This document shows, one piece after another, positions 38,658 through 48,699 of a stretch of 64,000 bases of DNA. Each line of letters opens with the position of its first letter. Positions within the stretch are counted from its first letter, which is position 1. A program made the position numbers and the translations under genes. The DNA is taken from assembly GCA_050015395.1 (NCBI GenBank), contig JBEKBM010000005.1, positions 1 through 64,000 of the forward strand. The letters run 5' to 3'. The notes under the pieces were generated by a model that searched no databases, was not told where the DNA came from, and worked only from the letters and a program-made list of their open reading frames with translations. The DNA is from Candidatus Bathyarchaeia archaeon (GTDB taxonomy: Archaea; Thermoproteota; Bathyarchaeia; Bathyarchaeales; Bathycorpusculaceae).

Positions 38658-39551
38658 TTGAAACGGTTTGAACGTAATCCCATATTGGAACCTATAAAAA
38701 ACAACATGTGGGAATCTCAAGCTGTATTTAACGCGGCAGCCGTTTATGGCGACGGGTTAGTACACATTGTTTATCGTGCATTGGGCAGCGACAACATCTC
38801 AAGACTCGGTTACGCTACTTCCATTGATGGCTTTACCATAAAAGAGAGGTTTGATTCGCCAATCTTCAATCCGACTAACCATGCGGAAAGAGACGGATGC
38901 GAGGACCCACGCCTTACAGTTATCGGCGACCAGTGTCTAATGGCTTATACAGCGTTCCGAAACCATGATTACCCAGTAATTTACCAAATCTCACTAACTT
39001 CAATTAACTTTGACGATTTTCTTAACCGCCAATGGAACTGGAAAGAGCGAATTCTGCCATTCCCGGGAGTACGCAACAAAGACGCTGTTATTCTTCCAAG
39101 CAAAGTAGACGGCAAATACGTAATGTTCCACCGTATTGAACCAAGCATCTGTATTGCTTATTCTGAAGACCTAAAGAAATGGCACGGTTTCAAGTCCATC
39201 ATGGAACCAAGAGATAAAATGTGGGACAGCGCCAAAATTGGTGCTGCAGGAACACCTATAGAACTTAACGAGGGCTACTTATTCATTTATCACGGAGTGG
39301 ACGAAGCAAAGCATTATTCCCTTGGCGCCGCTTTACTGGATAAGCATAATCCTGAAAAAGTGCTCTATCGCTCTGAGAAACCTATACTTGCTCCATGCGA
39401 AGGCTATGAATGCGTTGGGTACGTGCCTAATGTAGTATTCAGCTGCGGAAACGTACAACTCGACGACCAAGTCATCATCTACTATGGCGGTGCTGACAGC
39501 GTATTATGCGCTGCAAGTTACGAACTCAACGAGTTGCTTCCCAAAAAATAG
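38658..39551 (+). CDS. Glycoside hydrolase family 130, paralog of 34883..35782
   Basis: NPIL, VFNAAA, GCEDPR, NKD, YHGV, VPNVVFSCG, YYGGAD. Confidence 0.9.
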   Translation: MKRFERNPILEPIKNNMWESQAVFNAAAVYGDGLVHIVYRALGSDNISRLGYATSIDGFTIKERFDSPIFNPTNHAERDGCEDPRLTVIGDQCLMAYTAFRNHDYPVIYQISLTSINFDDFLNRQWNWKERILPFPGVRNKDAVILPSKVDGKYVMFHRIEPSICIAYSEDLKKWHGFKSIMEPRDKMWDSAKIGAAGTPIELNEGYLFIYHGVDEAKHYSLGAALLDKHNPEKVLYRSEKPILAPCEGYECVGYVPNVVFSCGNVQLDDQVIIYYGGADSVLCAASYELNELLPKK

Positions 39552-39628
39552 CATCGCATTGCCAACGAGCAAGTTCTTGTTTCGCTACGGCAATGCTTTT
39601 TTTAGCGTTTATTTAGTTGATGGGTACT

Positions 39629-39650
39629 GTTGGAGTAGAATTACAGTCAC
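39629..39650 (+). promoter_or_regulatory. Palindromic motif site B (GTTGGAGTAGAATTACAGTCAC), 6 nt before TTAAAT
   Basis: TTACAGTCACA identical to site A; upstream of the Csp3-like gene. Confidence 0.55.
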
Positions 39651-39850
39651 ATACTCTTAAATTATAGTCAATCTAAGATTATGTACCATTAGTATCCATG
39701 GAAAGGCTGGCGATGAATTACTGCCCTTGTGTCAAAAGAGGGCAATCTAAAGTTTAGTTAAAGATAAAAAAATAAGGGTCACACCATTAAAAAATTAATT
39801 TTTCATGTTGGGAATCTATCAAATTAGCGGATTAGTAAGGAGGTGAAGGA

Positions 39851-40426
39851 GTGTCAAGGTCTTATGAGCATAATGCGGAAAATTTTGACAAAAGAAAGCC
39901 TGATTACATGGGAGAGGTTGAATCGAGGGACATGAGAAGGGTTGATGATAAAGGTTACACTGGAGAGACATTAGACGATAAGGCGCAAGATGAAGAAGAA
40001 GTAGGAGATCGGTGGTCAAGTGAAAACCAGTCGCCAATAGCTGGCAAAATGTCTGGTTCCATGGAGGAACTGGAAAGAGCTCAGGGTTCAGAAGTTATGA
40101 CTAGCGATGAAGTTCGCGAATGCTTGAAGGATTGCTTAGATTGCTACCAAACATGCACCGAAACTACAATAAGATGCTTGACGATGGGCGGCAAACATGC
40201 TGAACTCGAACACCTGAATCTCATTATGGATTGCGCTAGAATATGCAATACAAACGCAGATTTTATGCTTAGAAACTCAACCTATTACCCACAAACCTGC
40301 GGCTTAACGGCTGACATCTGTGACGAGTGCGCTGACACTTGTGACAGGTTTAATGATGACTTCATAAAGGAATGCGCCAGCGTTTGCAGGCGATGTGCCG
40401 AGTCATGTAGAGAAATGGCAAGATAA
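39851..40426 (+). CDS. Four-helix-bundle copper storage protein (Csp3/DUF326) with acidic N-terminal extension
   Basis: 15 Cys in CxxxC/CxxC arrays in the last ~105 aa; GGAGGTGA RBS before the GTG start. Confidence 0.85.
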   Translation: MSRSYEHNAENFDKRKPDYMGEVESRDMRRVDDKGYTGETLDDKAQDEEEVGDRWSSENQSPIAGKMSGSMEELERAQGSEVMTSDEVRECLKDCLDCYQTCTETTIRCLTMGGKHAELEHLNLIMDCARICNTNADFMLRNSTYYPQTCGLTADICDECADTCDRFNDDFIKECASVCRRCAESCREMAR

Positions 40427-40482
40427 CCTATTTTTTTTCAATTCTTATTTTTGTTCCCGCATTACGCGTAAGGTGTGATTTT

Positions 40483-40641
40483 TTGCCTCCAAGAGGTGTG
40501 GAAAGTCCAAAGCGAAAGCGGCAATATGATCATATTAAGGAGTCAGAGCTTAAGCGGGGCGCATCTGAAGAGGATGCAGAACGCATTGCCGCAGCAACAA
40601 CTAATAAAACTATACGAGAAAAAGGCGAAGCAAAAAGCTAA
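40483..40641 (+). CDS. 52-aa ChaB-like stress microprotein (MPPRGVESPKRKRQYDHIKESELKRGASEEDAERIAAATTNKTIREKGEAKS)
   Basis: Not in track; AAGGTG RBS and TTG start; SPKR.RQY.HIK.S...RG......IAA.T.NK matches a widespread bacterial small-protein family. Confidence 0.78.
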   Translation: MPPRGVESPKRKRQYDHIKESELKRGASEEDAERIAAATTNKTIREKGEAKS

Positions 40642-40793
40642 AGCGGCCTTCGCATAATTAATTTTACCTTTGCTATTTACAAGTAGAAACCAGTTAGTTA
40701 CTTGTAGCGTTACTCAATGAGAAAAATTTATATTTAAATATCTGATTGTTGATTTCCGTTTATAATTAAGAAAATAAAAAAATGGTGAAAATT

Positions 40794-42470
40794 ATGTCTA
40801 CAGGTGGAGGAACAGTCCCAATTATAGTATTAAGAGAAGGCACAGGAAGAACAACAGGCCGTGAAGTACAAAAAAACAACATCATGGCTGCAAAAATAGT
40901 GGCTGAAGCAGTGAAATCTACGCTTGGTCCATGCGGCATGGATAAAATGCTCGTTACCAGCATGGGTGACGTTGCTATAACTAATGACGGTGCAACCATA
41001 ATGAAAGAGCTTGACATTCAACATCCAGCGGCAAAAATGCTTGTGGAAGTTGCAAAAGCTCAAGACAGCGAGGTTGGTGACGGAACAACAACCGCAGTAA
41101 TTTTGGCTGGAGAGTTACTCTCAAAAGCTGAAGGTTTGCTTGACAAAAACGTTCATCCCACAGTTATAATTGAAGGTTTCAAGAAAGCTAGTGAGAAAGC
41201 TCAGGAAATTTTGGATCAAATAGCCATTCCCGTTTCCATTGATGATGACAAAACCCTAAGGGATGTAGCAATCACATCTTTGGCTAGCAAAGGCATTAAC
41301 GTTGCTGAAGAGCACTTCGCAAAAATCATCGTTGAGGCAGTAAAACAGGTATCAGAAAAAATTGACGGCAAATACACAGCGGACATCGACCTAATAAAAG
41401 TCGTTAAGAAATACGGTAAAAGCCTAGACGAAACAGAACTTGTCAAAGGCATGGTTATCGACAAGGAAGTTGCAAGCTCACAAATGCCTAAGATCATTGA
41501 CGGCGCCAAAATCGCATTACTAAACGGCAAGATGGAGATTGAAAAAACAGAGTTCGACGCAAAAATAAACATTGAAAGTCCAAATCAAATGCAACTTTTC
41601 CTCGACGAGGAAGAACGCATGCTCAAAGACATGGTTAACTCAGTTACCAAGGCAGGCGCAAACGTTATCTTCTGCGAAAAAGGCATAGACGACATGGCAT
41701 TACACTTTTTAGGCAAAGCTGGAGTCTTAGCAGTTAAAAGCTTAAGCAGCAGCGACATGGAAAAAATGTCAAGAGCAACAGGCGGCAAAATAGTTGCAAG
41801 CGTAACAGATTTGTCTGCTGACGCTTTAGGCAAAGCTAAACGTGTTGAAGAAGTAAAAATCGGCGATGACAAGCTCATTTACATACGTGATTGCAAGAAC
41901 CCTAAGGCAGTAACCATCGTTATCCGAGGCGCATCCAACCACGTTATCGATGAAGCAGAACGCTCACTACACGACGGCTTAAGCGTTGTAAGAAACGCTA
42001 TTGAAGACGGCAAAATCGTTGCAGGCGGCGGCTCACCCGAAGCAGAACTAGCCAAAAACCTACGAGCCTACGCAGTTAAAGTCGGCGGACGAGAGCAGCT
42101 GGCAGTGGAAGCTTACGCAGAAGCAGTCGAGGCGATACCGCTCACTTTAGCGGAGAACGCAGGCTTAGACCCCATAGACATCATGGTAGCGCTCCGAGCA
42201 CAGCATGAGAAACCAGACAGCAAATACTTCGGCATCGAAGTTTCAACCGGAAAAATCAAAAACATGCTTGACCTGCTAGTCATTGAGCCACTACGCGTGA
42301 AGCAGCAAGTCATAAAATCAGCCACTGAAGCAGCAAACATGATACTTAAAATCGACGACTTAATCAGCGTTAAAGGCGGCGGCAAAATGCCCCCAATGCC
42401 TCCAGGCGGAATGGGCGGCGGCATGGGTGGAATGGGTGGCATGGGCGGTATGGGCGGAATGCCCTACTAA
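40794..42470 (+). CDS. ths: Thermosome (group II chaperonin) subunit
   Basis: [24 protein letters not shown]-terminal GGM repeats; GGTGA RBS before ATG 40794 (ORF open from 40782). Confidence 0.97.
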   Translation: MSTGGGTVPIIVLREGTGRTTGREVQKNNIMAAKIVAEAVKSTLGPCGMDKMLVTSMGDVAITNDGATIMKELDIQHPAAKMLVEVAKAQDSEVGDGTTTAVILAGELLSKAEGLLDKNVHPTVIIEGFKKASEKAQEILDQIAIPVSIDDDKTLRDVAITSLASKGINVAEEHFAKIIVEAVKQVSEKIDGKYTADIDLIKVVKKYGKSLDETELVKGMVIDKEVASSQMPKIIDGAKIALLNGKMEIEKTEFDAKINIESPNQMQLFLDEEERMLKDMVNSVTKAGANVIFCEKGIDDMALHFLGKAGVLAVKSLSSSDMEKMSRATGGKIVASVTDLSADALGKAKRVEEVKIGDDKLIYIRDCKNPKAVTIVIRGASNHVIDEAERSLHDGLSVVRNAIEDGKIVAGGGSPEAELAKNLRAYAVKVGGREQLAVEAYAEAVEAIPLTLAENAGLDPIDIMVALRAQHEKPDSKYFGIEVSTGKIKNMLDLLVIEPLRVKQQVIKSATEAANMILKIDDLISVKGGGKMPPMPPGGMGGGMGGMGGMGGMGGMPY

Positions 42471-42479
42471 AAACCCAAT

Positions 42480-42502
42480 CTTTCTTCTTTTTTGATTTTT
42501 TT
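42480..42502 (+). terminator. Oligo-T archaeal terminator after the thermosome gene
   Basis: ctttcttcttttttgattttttt immediately after the stop codon. Confidence 0.5.
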
Positions 42503-42595
42503 CAAAAATAATTTTTGCGTTGCTTTTGTTCTTGTTTTTTAGTAAACTTATTATTCAAACGCCTAGACATTATTCGGTATCTTGGAGACCCTGTT

Positions 42596-43333
42596 ATGAA
42601 GTATGTTAAGATTACGGCATTTGACTGTCCTGAAGCTTGGGTTCAAATGTTAAATAATCTGCGAACTGAAGGAGAAGACTTCAAAGTAGGTTATGGGTCG
42701 GAGATTTCGGAAACCAAAAAACTGAATACAACGATTGAAATATTGCATCCCGAAAATAGACCACTGCTTAGCGACAAAGCCCCATGCGACATGAAATACG
42801 TTCAGTGGTATGCGCTGACTTATTTATGGTGTGGTGAAGGCAAGCAAGACGAAACCTATACTTATGGTAGTAGGTTAAGAGAACCAGTAGACCAAGTTGA
42901 AGAGGCTATCAAAAGATACTTGGAGGAACAACAGGACAGGCAAGTGACAATGGTTATTCGGTTGCCTGAGGATATTCGCAAGACTGGTTTCAATAGAAAT
43001 GAAATCCACGAACCCCCTTGTCTAAGCTTGATTGACACGGAGATTCTGGAAGGAAAGGTACACATGACATGCTACTTCCGCTCATGGGATGCTTATGCTG
43101 GTTTGCCTGCGAATATTGCAGGTATTCAGTTGTTTAATGAGGCATTTGTCTCAGAAATTAACAGTCGAGGGAATCTTAACTTAGAGACAGGCAAACTAAT
43201 TTTTCACTCAAAGAACTGCCATATATACAAACGGCAATACAAACTTGTTGAAGATTTGCTTTCGCCTCAAAGCAAAGCTAATACTGTACCGAGAATGGCA
43301 CAAATCATAAGAAAAGATTTCGAGGAAGAATAG
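42596..43333 (+). CDS. thyA: Archaeal-type thymidylate synthase (ThyA family)
   Basis: YTYG.RL, DQ, PPCL catalytic Cys, FRSWD...GLPAN, HIY. Confidence 0.75.
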   Translation: MKYVKITAFDCPEAWVQMLNNLRTEGEDFKVGYGSEISETKKLNTTIEILHPENRPLLSDKAPCDMKYVQWYALTYLWCGEGKQDETYTYGSRLREPVDQVEEAIKRYLEEQQDRQVTMVIRLPEDIRKTGFNRNEIHEPPCLSLIDTEILEGKVHMTCYFRSWDAYAGLPANIAGIQLFNEAFVSEINSRGNLNLETGKLIFHSKNCHIYKRQYKLVEDLLSPQSKANTVPRMAQIIRKDFEEE

Positions 43334-43511
43334 AAATCGCCGAACCGTCTGATTCCACAAATAGAAATGCCGAGTTATTTAGTGATGATCTTAGAAAGGA
43401 AATGTGCATAAGAGCTACAATGTTAAGAGAAACAGGTTATGTGAATGCTGCAGAGTACCTTACGACAATATTTTATAGTTTCTCAGCCTTAACTCTACTC
43501 AAGGGAAAAGT

Positions 43512-44021
43512 ATGAGCCACACAGCCACATGGAAAGTCCTAGAGGACCTGATGATTGAGCTTCGAAAAAAAGGCGTTACCATGCCACCCGACGTTATTAA
43601 CGATTTAAGAAGCGCTAAACTTATGATTAAAATTTCGGAAGCGGAAGGCAGCAGAGGAGGCGCATTACAGAAAGTTGAAGAGTACCTCGGAAACGTTGAA
43701 TCATGCCTAATCACTGAAGGACAAAAAGCTTTGAGCCCTGAAACCGTTGATCAGTGGCTGAGGCGCTTGGAAGAAGCCAGTGTAGAAATATGCGAAGTGC
43801 AAGTAGAAGAAAACAAATTCATCACTGGCGTTCCTAGAGATCAAAAATGGGTCAGGGTTGAACCCGTCGGCAATTTGCCAACAGAGCGAATACAGCAGTT
43901 CGCCAAAGAAAGCAACCTCTCGGTCAACCCGCAAAAGGATGGGCGACTAGTAGTCTATGGTCAACCAGAATGCATCAAAGAATTCCTCAAAAAAATGACT
44001 GCAGAAGCAATTAAAAAATAA
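43512..44021 (+). CDS. DUF2096 family protein
   Basis: W.VL.DL..EL.KKG...P.....DLR.AK..I pattern. Confidence 0.7.
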   Translation: MSHTATWKVLEDLMIELRKKGVTMPPDVINDLRSAKLMIKISEAEGSRGGALQKVEEYLGNVESCLITEGQKALSPETVDQWLRRLEEASVEICEVQVEENKFITGVPRDQKWVRVEPVGNLPTERIQQFAKESNLSVNPQKDGRLVVYGQPECIKEFLKKMTAEAIKK

Positions 44022-44114
44022 ATGTCAAATAACCCAACCCTCCCTAAAAACGCGAAACCATGATTAGAAAATGATTTATACTAAAGATTTTTATGAAATT
44101 ATTAACACATATAA

Positions 44115-44372
44115 ATGGTGAAAGTTATGAAATTTGCTGAGATTGCTGTTTTGCTAAGGGAAATTGTCGATAGTTGCCCAAGTTTAGATGGAGCCACCAT
44201 CACGTTGATACCGCAGAGGGCTATGTATCCATTATTCCAGGGATACCACATTAATATTAAGGCGAATCTTTCTAAGGAAAGCATGAGTGGCTTGAGGAAA
44301 ATAGTGGAAGGGCATGATTTAGTGATGCAGATAAAGTCTGATTCAGTAATAGTGTATGAAACTAGATCATGA
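44115..44372 (+). CDS. Hypothetical protein
   Basis: 85-aa ORF with GGTGA RBS-like element; no family recognised. Confidence 0.55.
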   Translation: MVKVMKFAEIAVLLREIVDSCPSLDGATITLIPQRAMYPLFQGYHINIKANLSKESMSGLRKIVEGHDLVMQIKSDSVIVYETRS

Positions 44373-44496
44373 TAAGGAGTTCACTATTTGAGGGCTAAAG
44401 AATTTTGCGAGCGCTAAAGTCAGCAATTTTTGTTTAATGATTACTTTTAGTGGTTTTTTTTCGATATGTTTTTTACGATAAGCCGCTAGTGCAGTA

Positions 44497-45756
44497 TTGG
44501 GAACCATTTTGGTAAAACTCAAAGGATTCCAAAAATTAACGTTAACTGACCAAGCACTACAAAGGTGGCTTAGTGCACTGCAAATTGGAGCGCCCAAAGT
44601 TGCTTCTGTGTCTTTGCAGGATGCGTTAGGTCGTGTTTTAGCTCAAGATGTAATCGCCCAACAGGATTTGCCACGGTTTGACAAGTCAGCCGTTGATGGG
44701 TACGCATTAAAATCCGCTGATTCCGTTGGTGCTTCACAGTTTAAACCAGCAACTTTCCAATTAACCGAAAACCAAGAAGTAAACGATAAGCAAGCCAAAC
44801 AGGTTTGGACTGGAAACCCCATTCCGAAAGGCGCAGACGCAGTAGTTATGCTTGAAAACACCAAAAAACGCGAGGGAAAACTGGAGGTTTGGAGTCAACT
44901 TGCGCCAGGCGACAACGTTTCAAAGAAAGGCGAGGACACCAAAAAAGGCGACCTCGTGGCTAAGGCTGGCACTCGCTTGAACCCCTACCATATAGGATTA
45001 GCCGCTGCATTAGGCTACAGCCAGCTAAAAGTTGCCGAGAAACCGAAAATTGGCGTTTTAGCTACTGGAAATGAGCTTGCGGAAGTGGGCGCTCCGCTTT
45101 CTGGCAACCTAATTTATGATTCAAACAAAATTATGCTTTCAGCCGTGTGCAGAGAACTTGGTGCGGAAACAACTGATTATGGCATAGCCAAAGATAATGT
45201 GGATGAAATTGCTGATAAAATCCAAAAAGCTCTCAAGACTCAGGATGCAGTAATCACCACTGGCGGGACAAGCGTTGGAGGATTAGACTTGGTTCCGGAC
45301 GCAGTTAACAAGCTTGGAGAACCAGGCGTAATTGTTCATGGTGTTGCACTTAGACCAGCGATGCCGACGGCTGTTGCCGTGTTGGAGGGCAAGCCAGTTT
45401 TGATTTTGTCAGGTAACCCAGTGGCTGCAATCATTGGTTTTGAAGTTTTCGGAAGACCGATGGTTTGCAGGCTGCTTGGAATGAGCAAAACAGAGCCAAG
45501 ACCAATGTTGAAGGCTACTTTAGCCAGAAGGGTTGCTAGTGCGCTGGGAAGGAAAACTTACGTCAGAGTCCGCGTGACCTTGAAGGGTGGTGAGTTTTAT
45601 GCTGAGCCAGTTAGCGCGAAAGGTTCAGGGTCAATATCCACCATGACGCAGAGCAACGGTTTCGTGGTTGTTCCTGAGAATCGTGAGGGCGTAAGCGAAG
45701 GCGAAACGGTTATAGTTCACTTGTTTGGCGGTTTGGAGGCTGATGCGGATGTTTAG
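44497..45756 (+). CDS. moeA: Molybdopterin molybdenum/tungsten transferase MoeA
   Basis: GRVLAQD, SAVDGYA, P.GADAVVMLE, TGNEL, TGGTSVG, LSGNP. Confidence 0.93.
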   Translation: MGTILVKLKGFQKLTLTDQALQRWLSALQIGAPKVASVSLQDALGRVLAQDVIAQQDLPRFDKSAVDGYALKSADSVGASQFKPATFQLTENQEVNDKQAKQVWTGNPIPKGADAVVMLENTKKREGKLEVWSQLAPGDNVSKKGEDTKKGDLVAKAGTRLNPYHIGLAAALGYSQLKVAEKPKIGVLATGNELAEVGAPLSGNLIYDSNKIMLSAVCRELGAETTDYGIAKDNVDEIADKIQKALKTQDAVITTGGTSVGGLDLVPDAVNKLGEPGVIVHGVALRPAMPTAVAVLEGKPVLILSGNPVAAIIGFEVFGRPMVCRLLGMSKTEPRPMLKATLARRVASALGRKTYVRVRVTLKGGEFYAEPVSAKGSGSISTMTQSNGFVVVPENREGVSEGETVIVHLFGGLEADADV

Positions 45757-46999
45757 GAAGCTTATGACGTTTGATGAGGCACAAAAAGCGATTGAAGACC
45801 AGTTTAAACCTGCAGTTTTAGGTGAAGAAGAGGCTGTGCTGCTTGAAGCTTACAATCGTGTTCTAAGTGAAGACGTAGTTTCAACGCTTGATATTCCACC
45901 TTTTAACCGTTCAACCGTTGACGGGTACGCTGTGAAAGCTGAGGACACTTTTGGAGCAGAGGAAAATCAACCTGTAGCCTTGAAGGTTTGTGGTATCGTG
46001 AATGTTGGTGAGCAGCCGAAAGTGGTTTTGGCGAAGGGTGAAGCTGTTGAGATTGTTACTGGCGCCCCAATTCCTGAAGGCGCAGACGCAGCTGTTATGG
46101 TCGAGGACACGGAAAGAGAAGATAGCGAATTGCATGTTTTCAGCGGTGTTACCGTGAATGAGAATGTTATGAAGAGGGGCTCAGACATAAAGAGTGGCGA
46201 AGTGGTGCTCAAAAAAGGGCGGGTTTTGGGGTCTTCGGAGATTGGTGTTTTAGCTGCTTTGGGTTTGACTAAAGTTAAAGTTTCAAAAATACCCATAGTT
46301 GCAGTTTTATCTACAGGCGGTGAAGTAATTGAGCCCGGTAAGGTTTTGCCTGCGGGAAAAATCTATGACATTAACGCTTACAGCCTAAGCACGGCAGTAA
46401 TTGAAAGTGGTGCAAAACCAGTTTACTTTGGCGTTGTTCCAGATGACAAAGCGGCTTTGTCTAAGGCTTTGCAGACTGCTTTGGCTTCGGCGGATATGGT
46501 GATTACTTCTGGCGGTGTCTCTGTTGGTCCAAGGGATTATACTCCGCAAATCGTGGATTCGCTTGGTAAGCCTGGAATAGTTGTTTACGGTATCGCGGTT
46601 AAGCCGGGGAAACCTACGACTGTCGGGTTTGTGGGGGATAAGCCTGTTTTTTCGTTGCCTGGTCATCCCACGTCTGCTTTGCTGATTTTTTATTTGCTTG
46701 CTAGGCCTTTGATTCAGCGGTTAGCCGGCAGACCTGCAGCTGGAATGAGGATGGTTAGGGCTGTTGCTGGCGCACGGATGTTTAGTGCTAAAGGTAGGCG
46801 AACCTTTGTCATGGTTAAGTTAGAATTTGATAAGGATTGCCGGTTGATTGCTGAACCTGTGGAAACTGGCGCTTCTGGCGCGATTACTACTTTGGCTAAG
46901 GCTGACGGGTTTGTTGAGATCCCTGAGAATGAGCAGTTCCTTGATGTGGATGAAGAGGTTGCTGTTGTGCTTTTCCGTAATGTTTCAGGTAAGGTTTAG
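45749..46999 (+). CDS. moeA: Molybdopterin molybdenum/tungsten transferase MoeA, second paralog
   Basis: PPFNRSTVDGYAV, TGAPIPEGADA, SGGVSVG, KPGKP, LPGHP. Confidence 0.93.
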   Translation: MFRKLMTFDEAQKAIEDQFKPAVLGEEEAVLLEAYNRVLSEDVVSTLDIPPFNRSTVDGYAVKAEDTFGAEENQPVALKVCGIVNVGEQPKVVLAKGEAVEIVTGAPIPEGADAAVMVEDTEREDSELHVFSGVTVNENVMKRGSDIKSGEVVLKKGRVLGSSEIGVLAALGLTKVKVSKIPIVAVLSTGGEVIEPGKVLPAGKIYDINAYSLSTAVIESGAKPVYFGVVPDDKAALSKALQTALASADMVITSGGVSVGPRDYTPQIVDSLGKPGIVVYGIAVKPGKPTTVGFVGDKPVFSLPGHPTSALLIFYLLARPLIQRLAGRPAAGMRMVRAVAGARMFSAKGRRTFVMVKLEFDKDCRLIAEPVETGASGAITTLAKADGFVEIPENEQFLDVDEEVAVVLFRNVSGKV

Positions 47000-47053
47000 A
47001 GTTTAAGCCTAAAACATTGGTGAGAAGATTTTTTTGTGGACGCTTCAGTGCTA

Positions 47054-47155
47054 GTTTTAAGCTTATTTTGCTGAACAGGGGTTTTTTCAAGCTTATGTTA
47101 TATGTCACGCGTGTTCATTGTTACTCGTCACTCGCTTTCATGGATACCTGTCACT
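47054..47155. repeat. Dispersed ~100-bp element, copy 2 (two 23-nt tandem units + TCAC)
   Basis: Ungapped homolog of 3937..4038 in the same orientation; units at 47105-47127 and 47128-47150. Confidence 0.8.
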
Positions 47156-47280
47156 TAAAACATTAAAGCCAGCCTTCGGCGGCTCCTAAGGATAAATGTT
47201 TTTGCAAGTCGAAAAAAATTAACGCTTTTGCAAAATTAAGAAAAAAATTAAAGTTGCTTCCAAAATGTGTGGGTTAGAAT

Positions 47281-47637
47281 TTATTTTCTCTTTATCAACA
47301 GGATGTATCCTGCAAATATCCATGTGAGCACTGCGTAAACAGTCATGCTTATGCCTATTAGTGCATTGCTGAATCCTGCGACGACTAAGGTGTAGATTGA
47401 AAAGGTTGATGCTCCAGCGAATAAGATGAATAATACCCAAGGTGCCCAAGCTCTTTTTGTAAAGACTCCATAATCAGTTATTAAGCTGAGGACGCCGAGT
47501 AAAGCAAGCTGCGGCGGAAAACCAGTAAAGGGCAGATAAGCCAAAAGGATTATTCCAGTTATGGCATAGAAGGCTAATGCTGCTAATTCTATGCGGTTGA
47601 AACTTTTTAGTTTAGATGCTAATGATGCTAAAGACAC
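47281..47637 (-). CDS. Small 4-TM membrane protein
   Basis: Four hydrophobic segments; no family recognised. Confidence 0.65.
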   Translation of the reverse strand: MSLASLASKLKSFNRIELAALAFYAITGIILLAYLPFTGFPPQLALLGVLSLITDYGVFTKRAWAPWVLFILFAGASTFSIYTLVVAGFSNALIGISMTVYAVLTWIFAGYILLIKRK

Positions 47638-47759
47638 TTTATGCTCGCCTTTACCCTATGCAGTAGAGGTTTAATTAATAAATTTAATGCATCTTAGTTG
47701 AGCGAAAAAGTTTAGAGTAAGCTTAAGTGAATACCAAGAGCAGAGGACTGGAATTACCT

Positions 47760-48659
47760 ATGAGTTATCTTGAACTTTTCACTTCGCAAACTAACGTTTT
47801 CAGCGGTTTGCAGAAGCCGTTTGAGGAAGCAAAATATGTGATTTTCGGTGTGCCCTTTGATTCAACGAGCACTTATCGGAGTGGTGCAAGGTTTGGTCCA
47901 AACGCGATTAGGCAGGCATCTTTGAATATTGAAACGTACAGTTTCCGCAGCAAAATTGACCTTGAGGATTTAGCTTTGCATGATGCCGGAGACCTGCATG
48001 TTTCACCTGACGCCCAGAAAACGGTCGATATGACTAGGCTTGTGGTTGAGGATATTTTGGCGGCTGGAAAAATGCCTGTAGTTTTAGGCGGGGAACACAC
48101 GGTTACGCTTGGTGTTGCGAAGGGTTTAGGCGCTAGGGTAGCGAAAACAGCGATTGTGAGTTTTGATGCTCATCTGGATTTGCGATGCGAATTTTTAGGT
48201 TCAACGCTGTCCCACACGACGTTTATGCAGCTAATCAGCGAGGAAGTGAAGCCCTCGAAAATCTTTGAGGTTGGCACACGCTCAGCATGCAAGGAAGAGC
48301 TGGCCTATGCCAAGAAGGTTGGGGTAGAGTTTTTTACTTCCCAGCAAATCATCAAGCAAGGCTCAGAACAGATTGCTCAACAGTTGAAACAGAAGCTTGC
48401 GCCTTACGAGAACGTGTACTTAACGGTGGATATGGATGTGCTTGACCCGGCGTTTGCTCCTGCAGTGCAGAATCCTGAGCCTGAAGGAATCACCACAACC
48501 GCCCTGCTAGACATTGCTTGTGCCTTGTGCGATAAACGCGTGATTGGCTTTGACGTGCTGGAAATTGCGCCAATTTACGACCAAGGCGTATCAGCAGTCG
48601 TTGCAGCAAAAGTAATCTTCGAGATGCTGTGCCAACTGGAAAAATCAAGAAAAAAATAG
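47760..48659 (+). CDS. speB: Agmatinase
   Basis: GVPFD.T...GARFGP, GGEH, DAHLD, D.DVLDP..AP. Confidence 0.93.
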   Translation: MSYLELFTSQTNVFSGLQKPFEEAKYVIFGVPFDSTSTYRSGARFGPNAIRQASLNIETYSFRSKIDLEDLALHDAGDLHVSPDAQKTVDMTRLVVEDILAAGKMPVVLGGEHTVTLGVAKGLGARVAKTAIVSFDAHLDLRCEFLGSTLSHTTFMQLISEEVKPSKIFEVGTRSACKEELAYAKKVGVEFFTSQQIIKQGSEQIAQQLKQKLAPYENVYLTVDMDVLDPAFAPAVQNPEPEGITTTALLDIACALCDKRVIGFDVLEIAPIYDQGVSAVVAAKVIFEMLCQLEKSRKK

Positions 48660-48699
48660 TCCTCGACTCTAACAATCAAGACAGTTTATTTATAGCACA

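Noticed and set aside
39709-39746. Fluoride riboswitch-like start (GGCGATGAATTACTGCC) and a GCCCT/AGGGC hairpin
   Set aside because: The spacing is off, the 3' GATGAC pseudoknot partner is absent and there is no fluoride-related gene downstream.
40475-40657. Track ORF of 60 aa
   Set aside because: The overlapping frame 40483..40641 matches a known small-protein signature and is the likely real gene.
42407-42466. GGC/ATG-rich tandem repeat
   Set aside because: It encodes the ordinary GGM tail of chaperonins.
44497-46999. Tandem moeA duplication
   Set aside because: Two MoeA paralogs are normal in archaea.
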